From the NCBI RefSeq assembly GCF_006345805.1, contig NC_043007.1, positions 4,650,001 to 4,714,000 on the forward strand: a stretch of DNA of 64,000 nt. The letters run 5' to 3'. This DNA is from Octopus sinensis (Eukaryota). The notes under the pieces were generated by a model, which was given only the letters and a program-made list of their open reading frames with translations, was not told the DNA's origin and searched no databases. Shown here in pieces: positions 1 to 10,990 of this stretch (its first letter is position 1; each line of letters begins with the position of its first letter). Both the position numbers and the translations under genes were made by a program.

Positions 1-104
1 AATATCTTGTAATTTAAAACCAGCAGAAGTTACAAACTGACTCAAGGATTCAGAGTTTCATACATAACACTTACAGTGTGTGTGTGGGGACACACAGACA
101 CATA

Positions 105-338
105 TATTTCTTTACTACCCACAAGGGGCTAAACACAGAGAGGACAAACAAGGACAGACAAACGGATCAAGTCAATTATATCGACCCCAGTGCGTAACTG
201 GTACTTAATTTATCGACCCCGAAAGGATGAAAGGCAAAGTCAACCTCGGCGGAATTTGAACTCAGAACATAGTGGCATACAAAATATTGCAAAGCATTTC
301 GCCCGGCCTGCTAACGTTTCTGCCAGCTTGCCGCCTTA
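105..338 (-). mobile_element. tRNA-derived SINE with Deu/Nin-like central domain (family S1)
   Basis: Reverse strand reads TAAGGCGGC..GCTGGCAGAAACGTTAGC head, GAGTTCAAATTC B-box-like motif and TTGCCTTTCATCCTTTCGGGGTCGATAAA..AAGTACCAG Deu-like core. Near-identical copies recur in the window; flanks share an imperfect ACACATATAT duplication. Confidence 0.8.
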
Positions 339-783
339 TACAGACACACATATATTGAATGAAATATAAATTGCTGCCTCTGTTTTTGTTTGTTATTCTA
401 TTTTGTTTTTTGGTGGGTGGGATGGGGGTCAATCAAGCTGAAAGGTGAAGCTCATAGTCTGTAATGTGTGTTGGTGGGGTAGGTATGTGTTTTCATTTTC
501 ATTTTCGTCTACAGTTTATATGTAGAAACATCCATTAGCCAAATTGTTATTTAAGCACAAATAATGCATTTACTTTTACAAAGAAAAGCTTGTCAGTGGA
601 CATCAAAATTGCAACTCAGTTGCTTTTGTCAGACTCTCAAATGAGGATAACTGAGCTGAAACTTCAAAGTCACTATCAACAATTTCCTAGTAAAAATGTG
701 TCTGTGTGTATTTGAACCTACTTGTATGTGTATCTTTATATTAGTGTTGGGAATCTCAAATCTTGATGTTCTTATATTTGCAG

Positions 784-961
784 ATATTACAGTTGCTTTG
801 GCCCTAATTCTCCGCCAAAAGAAGCAGGAGATTCTGTCAACCAAGATGAAATTTATCATGACACAGCCATTAATTGGGGACCTGGTCTCTTCTGGCGCTT
901 AGATATTGCCATCCCTCTAGCACCATTTGAAATCAGTTTTTCAAAATGGCATGGCAACTAA
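784..961 (+). CDS. Candidate terminal coding exon (YYSCFGPNSPPKEAGDSVNQDEIYHDTAINWGPGLFWRLDIAIPLAPFEISFSKWHGN*), unidentified
   Basis: Pyrimidine-rich TTCTTATATTTGCAG acceptor at 769-783, 58 open codons, double TAA stop, AATAAA about 100 nt downstream. No homology recognised. Confidence 0.25.
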
Positions 962-2032
962 TAAGCTGTCAAGTGAATTCCAAAACTTTTGAAGACAAAT
1001 AATCCGAATGGAAAGGTATTTGTGTCTATTTGCTCATTTTTTTCCTGTAAAATTTATTCCTTGAAATAAAATTTCAGTTTATTCAAAAGAGGATTTACTT
1101 GTGTCTCTTATTGTGATTCTTTGGTTTCCATCAAACTATTACAAATACGTCCTTATAAATGAAACCTCCCCAATACTAAATAGGAAATATACACAATAAA
1201 TACCATTCCTCCTTAACCACAGTTTACACAGGTAGAGTAGAATAGTTAGTGGACTGTTAGGTAGATAAATGGATCAATGTATGTAGGTATGTGGGTGTGA
1301 GTGTGTGTGTATGCACTTTTCTTTTTTTTGTTTTATGTATGTAAGCATATAGATATGAAAATAACCAGATCAAGATACAGACGGATAGGTACATAGGTGA
1401 CAAGAACAGACACATATGGAGACACGGATTCACACATATAAAGATGCACATCCATACATACAAACATGGTACATAGTTGCATAACACACACACAAGGAGA
1501 CAGAGGTGCATACATACACACACACACATGCTTACACACACATACATAGAAAATACACAAACATGGACATGCAATCACATAAATATGCAGGATACGTACA
1601 TACAGATGCACACACATACATATATACATATGCATACACACACATATATACATACACATGCAAACACACACATACATACGTACATGCATGCATGTATAGG
1701 CATACACACTGATCCACACACATGCGCACAAACAAACAAAAGGAAACGCCGTGTAAATAACGGACAGAGTCAAAACTATTGAAAAGGTTGCAAGACGCAA
1801 CGAAAATTTTAGGACAATAAAAAAAATAAGAAAAAAGTGGAAATTTTACCGGTGAGTGTGTTAAATAATAAGGCACAAAAAGAAAATGACTCTCCCCAGA
1901 AACAACAGAGTATGCTTCAACACACGAACTCATATAAAGAATCTTGCAAACCAAATCCAAAAACGAAATATTACAAGTCAGAAATACATTATTTACATTT
2001 GACGGATATTTGTCCTCATCTTGTTTGTTGTT

Positions 2033-2078
2033 AACACAACATTTTGGCTGATATACCCGCTAGCCTTCATCAGGTGTC
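2033..2078 (-). ncRNA. Type I hammerhead motif, decayed (family A)
   Basis: Reverse strand GACAC-CTGATGA-A-GGCT..AGCC-AAAA-TGTT-GTGTT; GAAA core mutated to AAAA. Confidence 0.6.
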
Positions 2079-2130
2079 TTGGGGAAATTTCAAACCTGGG
2101 TTTTCATTCCTAAGGTATTTTTCGATGTTG

Positions 2131-2180
<50 letters not shown>

Positions 2181-2400
2181 GTTATTCAGGTCACTGCCTG
2201 GAATCGAACTCGGAATCTTGGGGTTAATAACCCGCGCTCTTAACCACTACACTATATGCCCGTGGGTGAAGTGGTTAAGAGCGAAGGCAACTAATCCCAA
2301 AATACCAAGTTCGATTCCAGGTAGTGACCTGAATAATAATAATAATAATAATATCGAAAAGTACCATAGGAATGAGAACCCAGGTTTGAAATTTCCCCAA

Positions 2401-2446
2401 GACACCTGATGAAGGCTGGAGAGTATATCAGCTGAAATGTTGTGTT
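2401..2446 (+). ncRNA. Type I hammerhead motif, partly decayed (family A)
   Basis: GACAC-CTGATGA-A-GGCTG-gagagtatat-CAGCT-GAAA-TGTT-GTGTT; two C>T changes relative to the intact copy at 14279. Confidence 0.7.
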
Positions 2447-2682
2447 AACAACAAAGAAGATGAGGACAAATATCCATCAAATGTAAATAATGTAGATAAT
2501 TCCCCATCTCTTCAATATAGAAGTGTAAGTCAGAAATAGTCAGACAGTTACAGAAACATTGAGAAACGTAGAAAAGAATAATTTAGTTCAGAGACAATAC
2601 CATGTTCATGGACTGATTGGTCACAATGTCAAAATATTATCTCAATCAGGATTAAGAAATGTAAAAAATAGAATTATTTCAT

Positions 2683-2847
2683 AGGCATAGGAGTGGCTGT
2701 GTGGTAAGTAGCTTGCTTACAAACCACATGGTTCTGGGTTCTGTCTCACTGTGTGGCACCTTGGCCAAGTGTCTTCTACTATAACCTCAGGCCAACCAAA
2801 GCCTCGTGAGTAGATTTGGTAGACAGAAACTGAAAGAAGCCTGTCGT

Positions 2848-2880
<33 letters not shown>

Positions 2881-3093
2881 AGTGTATATGTTTGTGTGTC
2901 TGTGTTTGTCCCCCTAACATCGCTTGACAACTGATGGTGGTGTGTTTATGTCCCCATAACATAGCGGTTTGGCAAAAGAGACCGATAGAATAAGTACTAG
3001 GAAAACAAAGAATAAGTCCTGGGATCGATTTGCTCAACTAAAAGCAGTGCTCCAGCATGGCCACAGTCAAATAACTGAAACAAGTAAAAGAGT
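2683..3093 (+). mobile_element. Bipartite tRNA/CORE-type SINE with internal (TA)/(TG) microsatellite (family S2)
   Basis: tRNA-like head GGAGTGGCTGTGTGGTAAG, CORE-like TGTGGCACCTTGGCCAAGTGTCTT, microsatellite, then a tail ending AAACAAGTAAAAGAG; pieces recur many times. Confidence 0.7.
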
Positions 3094-3329
3094 ATCTGGA
3101 AAATAAGATCCAAGCTGTTTCTGTGTTACTCTCATGTTTTGTTAATCTGATCTAATGAGTCAGTCATCTTAAAAGCATTTTTTTATATAATTTAAAATCA
3201 AGATCTCCACCCTTTTCACCAACACTTACTACTACACTGTAAATCTATCTGCCAATTATATCAACAACCATACCCAGGGTCGCTTTCATTACCCAACAAG
3301 TAGATGCCCGTCTTTTTCCTTTTTGTTAA

Positions 3330-4175
3330 ATTCTACCACTATTTCTAAAAGTCACATCTCAATATCCACCACTTCTGTTAACTTCCTGGACATCTCACTC
3401 CAACTCAAGTCATCTCACTCAATCTCTCCAACTGCACTCACATCAAACCTTCCTCTCTAACCATTGTGGTTACATAAAACCCTGATTCAGTTACTCACAT
3501 CACTTTTATACAATGTGGTTACCAACAACCACTCACTCCTGCTGCCCCACCATTAACACCTGCTCTGTTCACTCCATCTTCATCTTCCTACTGTATATTT
3601 ACCCTCCAGCCAAGCACCATATTTTCCATTCTGCCACCTCTTATGGACCTTCCTCTTATGGACCATCCTCTTATGGACCTTCCAGAACTTCCATTTCCTT
3701 CAATCCAGCCCTGTTATCGCTCACATCTTTCCTCCCTTCCTTCAGATGCGGCCTTCTTGTCCACAGTTCGTTCATTTCCCACCACACCCAACCTGGACCC
3801 TTTTTAACTACTCCCCCTCCTCTTGCAACACTTGTTCCTTCATCCAGAATATCACCACCCGACACATGCACCAAGCTTGTCCTGCCATCTCAAACATCAT
3901 CCGTTGCATAAAATATCAACTCTGCAGGTCATTGTATACTGGAAAAATTGGCCAGTGGCTGGCTGACTGACCAGTTATCTTAAAGAATACTTCCTGGATA
4001 TATGTCACAATAAGACAAGATCAGTGAGGATTGTAGCCCAGCCCATTAATCCTTCGGGCCATTTCCAAATCCATCTCATTATTTAGAATATGGAAGTCTT
4101 ATACTCAGTTTGTATCATGGACAGCAATTCAGTTTCTACTTCAACACAACTATCCCCAGGCAGGATTAATAACTG
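3330..4175 (+). mobile_element. Decayed Penelope-like element remnant (RT thumb, Cys motif, GIY-YIG endonuclease), probably Neptune-type
   Basis: Translations: SISTTSVNFLDISL (3359-3400); SCNTCSFIQ..CPAISNIIRCIKYQLCRSLYTGKIGQWLAD (ORF 3746-3970, like N-I-x-C-x2-C-x2-YIGET); EYFLDI..GH; a terminal L-x-P-x-G-x-N-like segment near 4150-4170. Frameshifted. Confidence 0.65.
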
Positions 4176-5167
4176 AGCTGAATTCCTGCTAAAACAAACA
4201 ACCCCACACACACCTGATAAGTACCTCCATATGCACTTCAAAATCCTCCCCATCTCTACACTCTCTTAACACACACCACACCAGCACACAGGTGGAACAC
4301 CATATTCACACCTGACTCTTGCTGTGCAAATGTACATGGACACAACCTGACCATTCATTTCACTTACCCTACTCCCTTGATCCCTTCACACCACCCACAC
4401 ACCTTCATGCCCTATCTATTCGTACTTCCCCACAGCACTCCATGGTACTCTCATTTCCCAACTATGTTGTATCACACAAGCAGAATTCAATCACCAGAAA
4501 CTGTGCAGAAGCCTCTGCATATATGTGTGTCTGTGTACATCCAACAGTCTTCCACAAAATTTCTCATAAAATAAATTTCATTCGCAAGGCTGAGGTCATT
4601 GCAAGACTATGGCAGATGATGTTTGTTTAAGGGGCCACACAGTGCCACCATGGCAAGGTGAATCTCGAGGACTGATTTCTCATAGCCAGAACCTCAAAAC
4701 TATGTACTACTTGTAAAGTGAACTTTTTGAAGAACTCGGACTCATAACTAAGTCACTTGAACCTGATAAGCGTGTAGTTATGAAGGGAATGTCTTGGAAG
4801 ATCTCGGACTTATTTCTTACGGCTAAGGTCACCTAAACAATACAGAAATAAGTGTGATGCTCAGAGACAGAAGATAAGAAAGGATACGTGCATTTGATGT
4901 AAGTCCACAGCTCTTGAAATGATGGTTCAACACTGCATTGCCTACCTCACCATCCACACACACACACACTTGATTCTTTAATTAGATGAGAAGCCTTACA
5001 CTAGTAGCAAGAGCTAATTATGTCGCTAATTATGTTAGCTGAGCCTGAAGGGTCAGCAGAATGCCTCCAGTGGTGTTCAAACGCCATGGCTGCTTGAAAT
5101 ATTATAAATCTAATATCTTTTGTAGTTCGCTCTTTCTCGGCTATTTCTATTTCTCTATTTCATCAAA

Positions 5168-5205
<38 letters not shown>

Positions 5206-5410
5206 GTGTGTATTGATATTGATGTGTATTGTTATGTGTGCATGTATATATGTGTGTATATGTGTGTGTGTATTGCTATTGATGTGTATTTTTATGTGTG
5301 CATGTATATATGTATATGTGTGTGTATTGCTGTTGATGTGTATTTTTATGTGTGCATGTATATATGTGTGTGTATTGCTATTGATGTATATTTATGTGTG
5401 TGTGTATGTA
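5168..5410. repeat. (TG)n followed by an imperfect ~50-56 bp minisatellite
   Basis: GTGTATTG(A/C)T(A/G)TTGATGT(G/A)TATT unit recurs four times. Confidence 0.8.
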
Positions 5411-6163
5411 GATGGGTGCGGAGAGAGAGAGTGTGTTAGAATATCTGGTTGACTCTGAAGAAGCCAAAATTAAGAAAGTGTTGATAGCAAACTAAAACAA
5501 TTTGATGGATCACTCATAAAGTTTGATGCATTAAATGAAAGTGAGACGAGAGTGGAGGAGTCTGTGAATGTTATTGCTGCTAAATTTCAAAAAGAAAAAA
5601 TAGGGTCTCCTTGATTTGAAGGTGATGAATGTTGAGAATTTAACAATTGAAACTCCAACACAGCTTAGGAGACTAAAAAATGTTAAGGGTAACATTGTCC
5701 CCAAAGGAAATATTAGGCCTTATTATTTGGAGAGCAAGCTTTTGCCAGAACCCATTCAATCATTAATCAAAGTGAAACTGAAGAAACATTAATAAAGGGT
5801 CTTGAGAAGAGTTCCTTTTTCTGAAGGAATTTAAGGGCCATTCCTTTTGTGGCTGTGAAAAAGTAGGGACAGAGATCTTAGGATTTGTGCAGACAATAAA
5901 AGAGGTTTAAAAATGAAGAAACATTTGCCGATTCTTATCCAACTACAGGTACTTGATCAATATTTCATTCTCTTTATCGCATAAATTGTTTGTGATGAAT
6001 TCTATTGAAAGTGATCTTATCATCAAATAAAATGTATTCTAAAGCAGGAGACGTTACCATGATAAATACACCAATGGCCCTTTTAAGATTGTCATGTCTA
6101 CCGTACAGAATTAAGACAGACTGATACTAAATTCCAGAGAGAAGATGATGATATCATTGCTTA

Positions 6164-6397
6164 TATTTCTTTACTACCCACAAAAGGCTAAACATAGAGG
6201 GGACAAACAAGGGCAGACAAAGGGATTAAGTCAATTACATTGACCCCAGTGCATAACTGGTACTTATTTAATCGACCCCAAAAGGATGAAAGGCAAAGTC
6301 GACCTCGGCGGAATTTGAACCCAGAACGTAACGGCAGACTAAATATGGCTACGCATTTCGCCCAGGGTGCTAACGTTTCTGCCAGCTCACTGCCTTA
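6164..6397 (-). mobile_element. Deu/Nin-type tRNA SINE (S1) inserted in Gypsy RT
   Basis: Colinear with 105-338. Confidence 0.8.
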
Positions 6398-6687
6398 TCA
6401 ATATAGTGCTTATCAATATAGTGTATGCATTGATGCTAAAACTGTTGAAAATTTACATTGTATGACAAAAAGGGTTAGAATTAGATATGGTGAATTATCT
6501 TATGAGGGATAGAGGCTGACAAAGGAAGGTTTATTCCCTGATCATCATTTAGTTGTGAGAAATATGGACATAACACCACCAAAGAAGAAGAAGAAGCGAT
6601 TAGAATGTTTACTCAGACTTGTAAATTTTTATGATGGATACATTATTATTATTATTCAGGTCACACGTTTCTGCTTGTATCACTTCA

Positions 6688-7038
6688 CTAGCAGTATCAC
6701 CTGGCATTGCTGGGGTTTGTTTCGACCCTTTAGAATTGGTATTTTTGAAAAGTAAGAATTTTGCATTATGTAGCTTGTTATTCTCTTTAAGTGAACATTT
6801 TTCTGGTTGAAATACACCGAAAAATGGCAACACAGCAGTCAAAAAATCATAAAAAATAGGGATTTTCATAGAAAAAAAGCACCTTTTTTATGTAAATAAT
6901 TTTTGGTGTTAACGGAAGGAAGAGCAAGCCTTCTTCTATCATATTCTCAATTTTGGTCAACTTTCGCTGCAGGGTCTCGGAGGAGATAGTGTTACCAAAC
7001 CTGCCATACACAGGCAACTTCAGCTTTATATATAGAGA
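6688..7038 (-). mobile_element. Non-autonomous Helitron
   Basis: Reverse strand starts A|TCTCTATATATA and ends with a GC-rich hairpin remnant plus TGATACTGCTAG|T, matching the 5'-TC / CTAG-3' termini and A|T target rule. Confidence 0.65.
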
Positions 7039-7139
7039 TATAAACATGATGTCACATTTTCAAGAAGCTTTGAACAACAAAAGGTGTTTGAGTAAATAGT
7101 AAAAAAACTGATGTTTGTATTAAAGCCACTGACCAAATT

Positions 7140-7523
7140 AATAGTTAGTTAGTTAGTTAATTTGGCTCAAAAGCAAATAGCAAGGCCATGTAGGGGGACA
7201 TGGAGTTAAGTACAGGGTGGTGTTCATGTAAAGAGTTCAGGCCACTTGAGGTCCAGGGAGGCTTTGAACAAAGCGGTCGTCGGCATCTTCACCATCTCGT
7301 CTGGCAGCTTGTTCCACGGATCCGCAACCCGGACGGAGAAAGCTCCTCTCCTTCGATTGAGATGAAATCGTCGCAGGTAGAGCTTTTCGGAATGACCCCG
7401 CAGCCGACGCTCTGGAGCAGGAGTGAAGAACAGCTCTTTCGAGAGGTTACACTTTCCGCTTATAATGTTGTGGGCGAGAATGAGATCACCATGGCGGCGG
7501 CGTTTTTCAAGAGAATAAAGGTC
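7140..7523 (-). mobile_element. 5'-truncated CR1-type LINE 3' end
   Basis: Uninterrupted reverse frame 7523-7224: DLYSLEKRRRHGDLILAHNII..LRGHSEKLYLRRFHLNRRRGAFSVRVADPWNKLPDEMVKMPTTALFKASLDLKWPELFT*, the CR1 ORF2 C-terminal pattern; short 3'UTR with a (TAAC)n tail. Confidence 0.85.
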
Positions 7524-8653
7524 ACAGCAACAGAAATTAATTCAAGCCAGGTCAAGCTCAATCCCAAATACTTTCTCAAGAAAGCCATTTGTTAAGAGCT
7601 GCAACAAGATATTCAAGTACTGAAAGAGAAGCTCTGCTGATTCTGTGATGCACTCAAAGAACATGATGCTGTCTGCTTAACAGAGAATGGTCTCAGGTCA
7701 TTGGACACTGGAATCTCTCTCAGGTAAAAATTGTGGTTTTACTAAAAGGAATGTCAGCACACAGTTTATGGCCGGTTTTACAAAGGACAGCATTTGATTC
7801 AGAATTATTCTATGTAATGGGATCTCAACTATCATTTGTTGATGCCTTAAACACTCCTGGAATTTATTTATAATGTTAGGGAGAATGAATGCAATCTTGA
7901 TGAAGATTCTACTTTCATTCACCTTGCAAGAATTATATGGATAATAATATTTTTTCTTTTCACAAATTGAATAGATAAAATATTATTGTAAAACGATAAT
8001 ATTTGATTTGTTATATTGAAAAAAATTATAATTATAATTGAAGCAATCATTTTGTTTTTGAAAAAATACTAAAGATATTAAAAATTGACAGTTGAAGATT
8101 GTATTTTGTACAATGGGGAATTTATTGTTCTACCAACTTGTTTGAGAATGCTTTTGATAAAAGTCTACATAATGGTATACAATGTGGATCAGCGGCAACA
8201 AAGGAATCAGTTGAAATTAAAATCCTGTTGGTGATCAGTTTGCTGTGTGAAGACTTAGATCAATAGAGTGAAATATTTGACATCTTCATGAAGAAAACCT
8301 GAATGGCCACATACAATGCATACGTGGCCAAATATATATATCTGTGCATATGGATCAGGCTTATCTCCAGATTATGAATTGTTCTTAATACTTGTTGGTG
8401 TTCTGGGTGGCCAACAATAAGAGTTAAGAATAAAGAAGCAAATGAAATGTTGAACTTCAGCAAAATGGATTTACATCTCAAGCAAATGGTGATACAGATA
8501 TGATTCCTGATAACGAAGTGGGTTTATTAGCTGATGGAGATCAAATAAACAATGACACAATTATTGATAAAGAACAAAATACTGAATCAGAGAGTCTTGA
8601 GCTTTGAATGAGGTTCCGAAACTTGTTTCTGCAAATAACAGTTTAATAACAGA

Positions 8654-9033
8654 TGCTGGTGGCACATAAAAAGCACCATCCGAACGTGGCCGTTGCCAAG
8701 CACCGCCTCGACTGGCTTCTGTGCCGGTGGCACATAAAAAGCACCATCCGAACGTGGCCAATGCCAGCGCCGCTTTGGCTGGCTTCCGTGCCGGTGGCAC
8801 GTTAAAAGCACCAACCGATCGTGGCCAATGCCAGACCCCCTTGGCACCTGTGCAGGTGGCACGTAAAAAGCACCCACTACACTCGCGGAGTGGTTGGCGT
8901 TAGGAAGGGCATCCAGCTGTAGAAACACTGCCAGATCAGACTGGAGCCTGGTTCAGCCCCTGGCTTCCCAGACCCCGGTCGAACCGTCAAACCCATGCTA
9001 GCGCGGAAAACGGACGTTAAACGATGATGATGA
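8654..9033 (+). mobile_element. RTE LINE 3'UTR fragment with ~62-68 nt tandem units and (GAT)n tail
   Basis: Units begin TGCCGGTGGCAC(A/G)TAAAAAGCACC; ends GGAAAACGGACGTTAAACGATGATGAT. The same UTR follows an RTE ORF end at 16032. Confidence 0.75.
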
Positions 9034-9949
9034 TACATGAACAAACACTGCAAATGAGTTAGCAGGTCTCAAAAACTGTATCAAAGAAACATGGCCAGTT
9101 GAAGGGGAGTTTCTATCGAAAAGGTTAATCTATTGAAGGGGTTTCACTAAACATAAACCATTCCTTATTTGTTGTCGCTGTTTTTGTATTATGGTCTTTT
9201 TTTTTATTAAAATTTTGGAAAGAAAATAAGTCTTGAGAAAAAATTGGTTTCGCTAAAAAGAGAAAAAAAAGTGACTAATGAATCGAGATGTATTGAACGA
9301 AATGATTTTGACTTTGATCTCAGGTTTATTTAAAGAACAAACAATTAGCTTAGAGACAAGAATGGAACCTATTTCTCAAGAATAGCTGAATCCTCAGAAA
9401 AATGGCAAAAAAGACTTTCAACATAATAATAATAGGAGTCTGACAAATTGCCATACCTTTGGGCAGAAACAAGAAGAAGAGCCAAAATATGGGTAAGTTT
9501 GTGTGTGTGTATTAAATATACACATATATTCGCACACAGACGCACACATACTCTCACACACACCCATAGACACGTGCATACATATTCTTACACACACATA
9601 GAGCAATGGACTCTCCACCAGTTTCGTCAATGAAGATGAAGCTGTCCAATCAAACGGGGTTGCCTGTTTACCAAATTAATGAGTACCTGGCTGTGGAACA
9701 TGTGTCATTAACGGAATTCCCAGACAGAATCACTGTGACACTGTGAATTACAGATACAATCCATCTGACGGACTTCCACACAGCTTCCATCCATCCAATT
9801 TCATTCATTAGGTATGGATCGACCCAAGCTACAGAAAAAATATATTTGCACAACATACCATGCAGGCGAATCAGGGTTACAAAGCAGATTTCTTTACCAT
9901 TCAGCCATACTACAACTGCTGTATATTTATGTGTGCGTGTGTGTGTATG

Positions 9950-10026
9950 CATATGTATATATATATATATATATATATACATATGTATGTATATATATAT
10001 GTGTATATATATGTATGTATGTATAT

Positions 10027-10093
<67 letters not shown>

Positions 10094-10110
10094 ATATATG
10101 CATATATAGG
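9950..10110. repeat. (TA)n-rich microsatellite
   Basis: Directly visible. Confidence 0.95.
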
Positions 10111-10120
10111 ACGCCATGAC

Positions 10121-10553
10121 AGATCGTTGGCTCCTACATGCATTTTTTTCTCTCCTTGTTTTTTTCTGTGTATCTTTCTGTCGAAGAGCGTAGGCTCGAA
10201 ACATAAAAGACTTTTTCTATTCCTGAGTGTTATACTAATACATTTGTTTGTTTGTACGCCACCTGCCTTCGCCTTTTGTTTATTTTCGTAAACTTTCCTC
10301 TATATGCATATATAGGTATATGTATATATGTATATATATGCATATATAGGTATATGTATATATATATATAACGGAAAATGTTTACGAAAATAAACAAAAG
10401 ACGAAGGCAGGTGGAGTACAAACAAACAAATGTATTAGTATAGCGCTCAGGAATAGAACAAGTCTTTTACGTTTCGAGCCTACGCTCTTTGACAGAAAGA
10501 TACACAGAAAAAAAACAAGGAGAGAAAAAAATGCGTGTAGGAGCTAACGATCT
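10121..10553. mobile_element. Inverted-repeat element (~170 bp arms, TA-rich spacer) with a variant hammerhead-like motif in each arm (family B)
   Basis: Arms 10121-10290 and 10379-10553 are reverse complements. Motifs at 10173-10210 (+) and 10463-10500 (-) give the consensus TCTTT-CTGTCGA-A-GAGC-gtag-GCTC-GAAA-CGTA-AAAGA. Confidence 0.7.
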
Positions 10554-10611
10554 ATCAGATATATATATATGTATGTGTGTGTGTGTGTGTGTGTGTATGT
10601 GTGTGTACATA

Positions 10612-10990
10612 TGTATCTATGTGGCTGTGTGGTTATGAAGTTTATTTCTCAACCATATGGTCTTGGGTTCATTCCCACAAAGTGGCACCTCAAGTAAATG
10701 TCTTCTCCTCTCACTCCGGGCCAACCAAAAACCTTCTCAGAGAATTTTGTAAGCAGAAACTGAAAGAAGCCCTTCATAAAGTGTGTGTGTGTGTCCTTGT
10801 ATAGATATTGTCTGATTGTCGTAAATGAGTGTCACTGTCATACAAGCAGTGTCATTCATTTCCAATCTTCTGTGAAAACATGTCAAGTAACTGGGAAATA
10901 TTACCTTGAAAACAGGTAAGGGTTGGCAACAGGAAAGGCACCCAACCACAGAAAGTTCACCTCAATAAACATCTGTCCAACCCATGAAAG
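10612..10990 (+). mobile_element. tRNA/CORE-type SINE with RTE-like tail segment
   Basis: S2-like head and CORE-like segment, (TG)n, then GGTTGGCAACAGGAAAGGCACCC and CCAACCCATG motifs shared with the RTE 3' ends. Confidence 0.5.

Larger units (their letters stand above)
1985..2522. mobile_element. Head-to-head inverted dimer of tRNA-headed hammerhead-bearing SINE (family A)
   Basis: Minus copy 1985-2265 and plus copy 2266-2522 are mutual reverse complements. Each has tRNA A/B boxes, an internal (AAT)n and an HHR motif; only the right copy carries the extra ~28-nt tail. Confidence 0.85.
5460..8560 (+). mobile_element. Heavily decayed Gypsy-type LTR retrotransposon pol (PR end, RT, RNase H, integrase), interrupted by SINE, Helitron and CR1 insertions
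   Basis: Remnant peptides: DLRICAD; TMINTPMALLRLSCLPY; LSYEG*RLTKEGLFPD..PPK..LECLLRLVNFY; ATRYSSTEREALLIL; AFDSELFYVMGSQLSFVDAL; LTVEDCILYNGEFIVLP; LILV..SGWP. LTRs not identified. Confidence 0.7.

Noticed and set aside
1257-1960. Overlapping ORFs rich in C/V/Y/H/T, and the many similar MCVCV/MYIYI ORFs across the window
   Set aside because: They are translations of (CA)n, (TG)n and (TA)n microsatellites, which lack stop codons in several frames.
7200-7595. 131-aa plus-strand ORF
   Set aside because: Antisense shadow of the CR1 ORF2 end on the minus strand.
8654-8880. CRISPR-like repeat/spacer appearance
   Set aside because: The spacers are homologous to each other, the array is part of an RTE 3'UTR, there are no cas genes and the context is eukaryotic.
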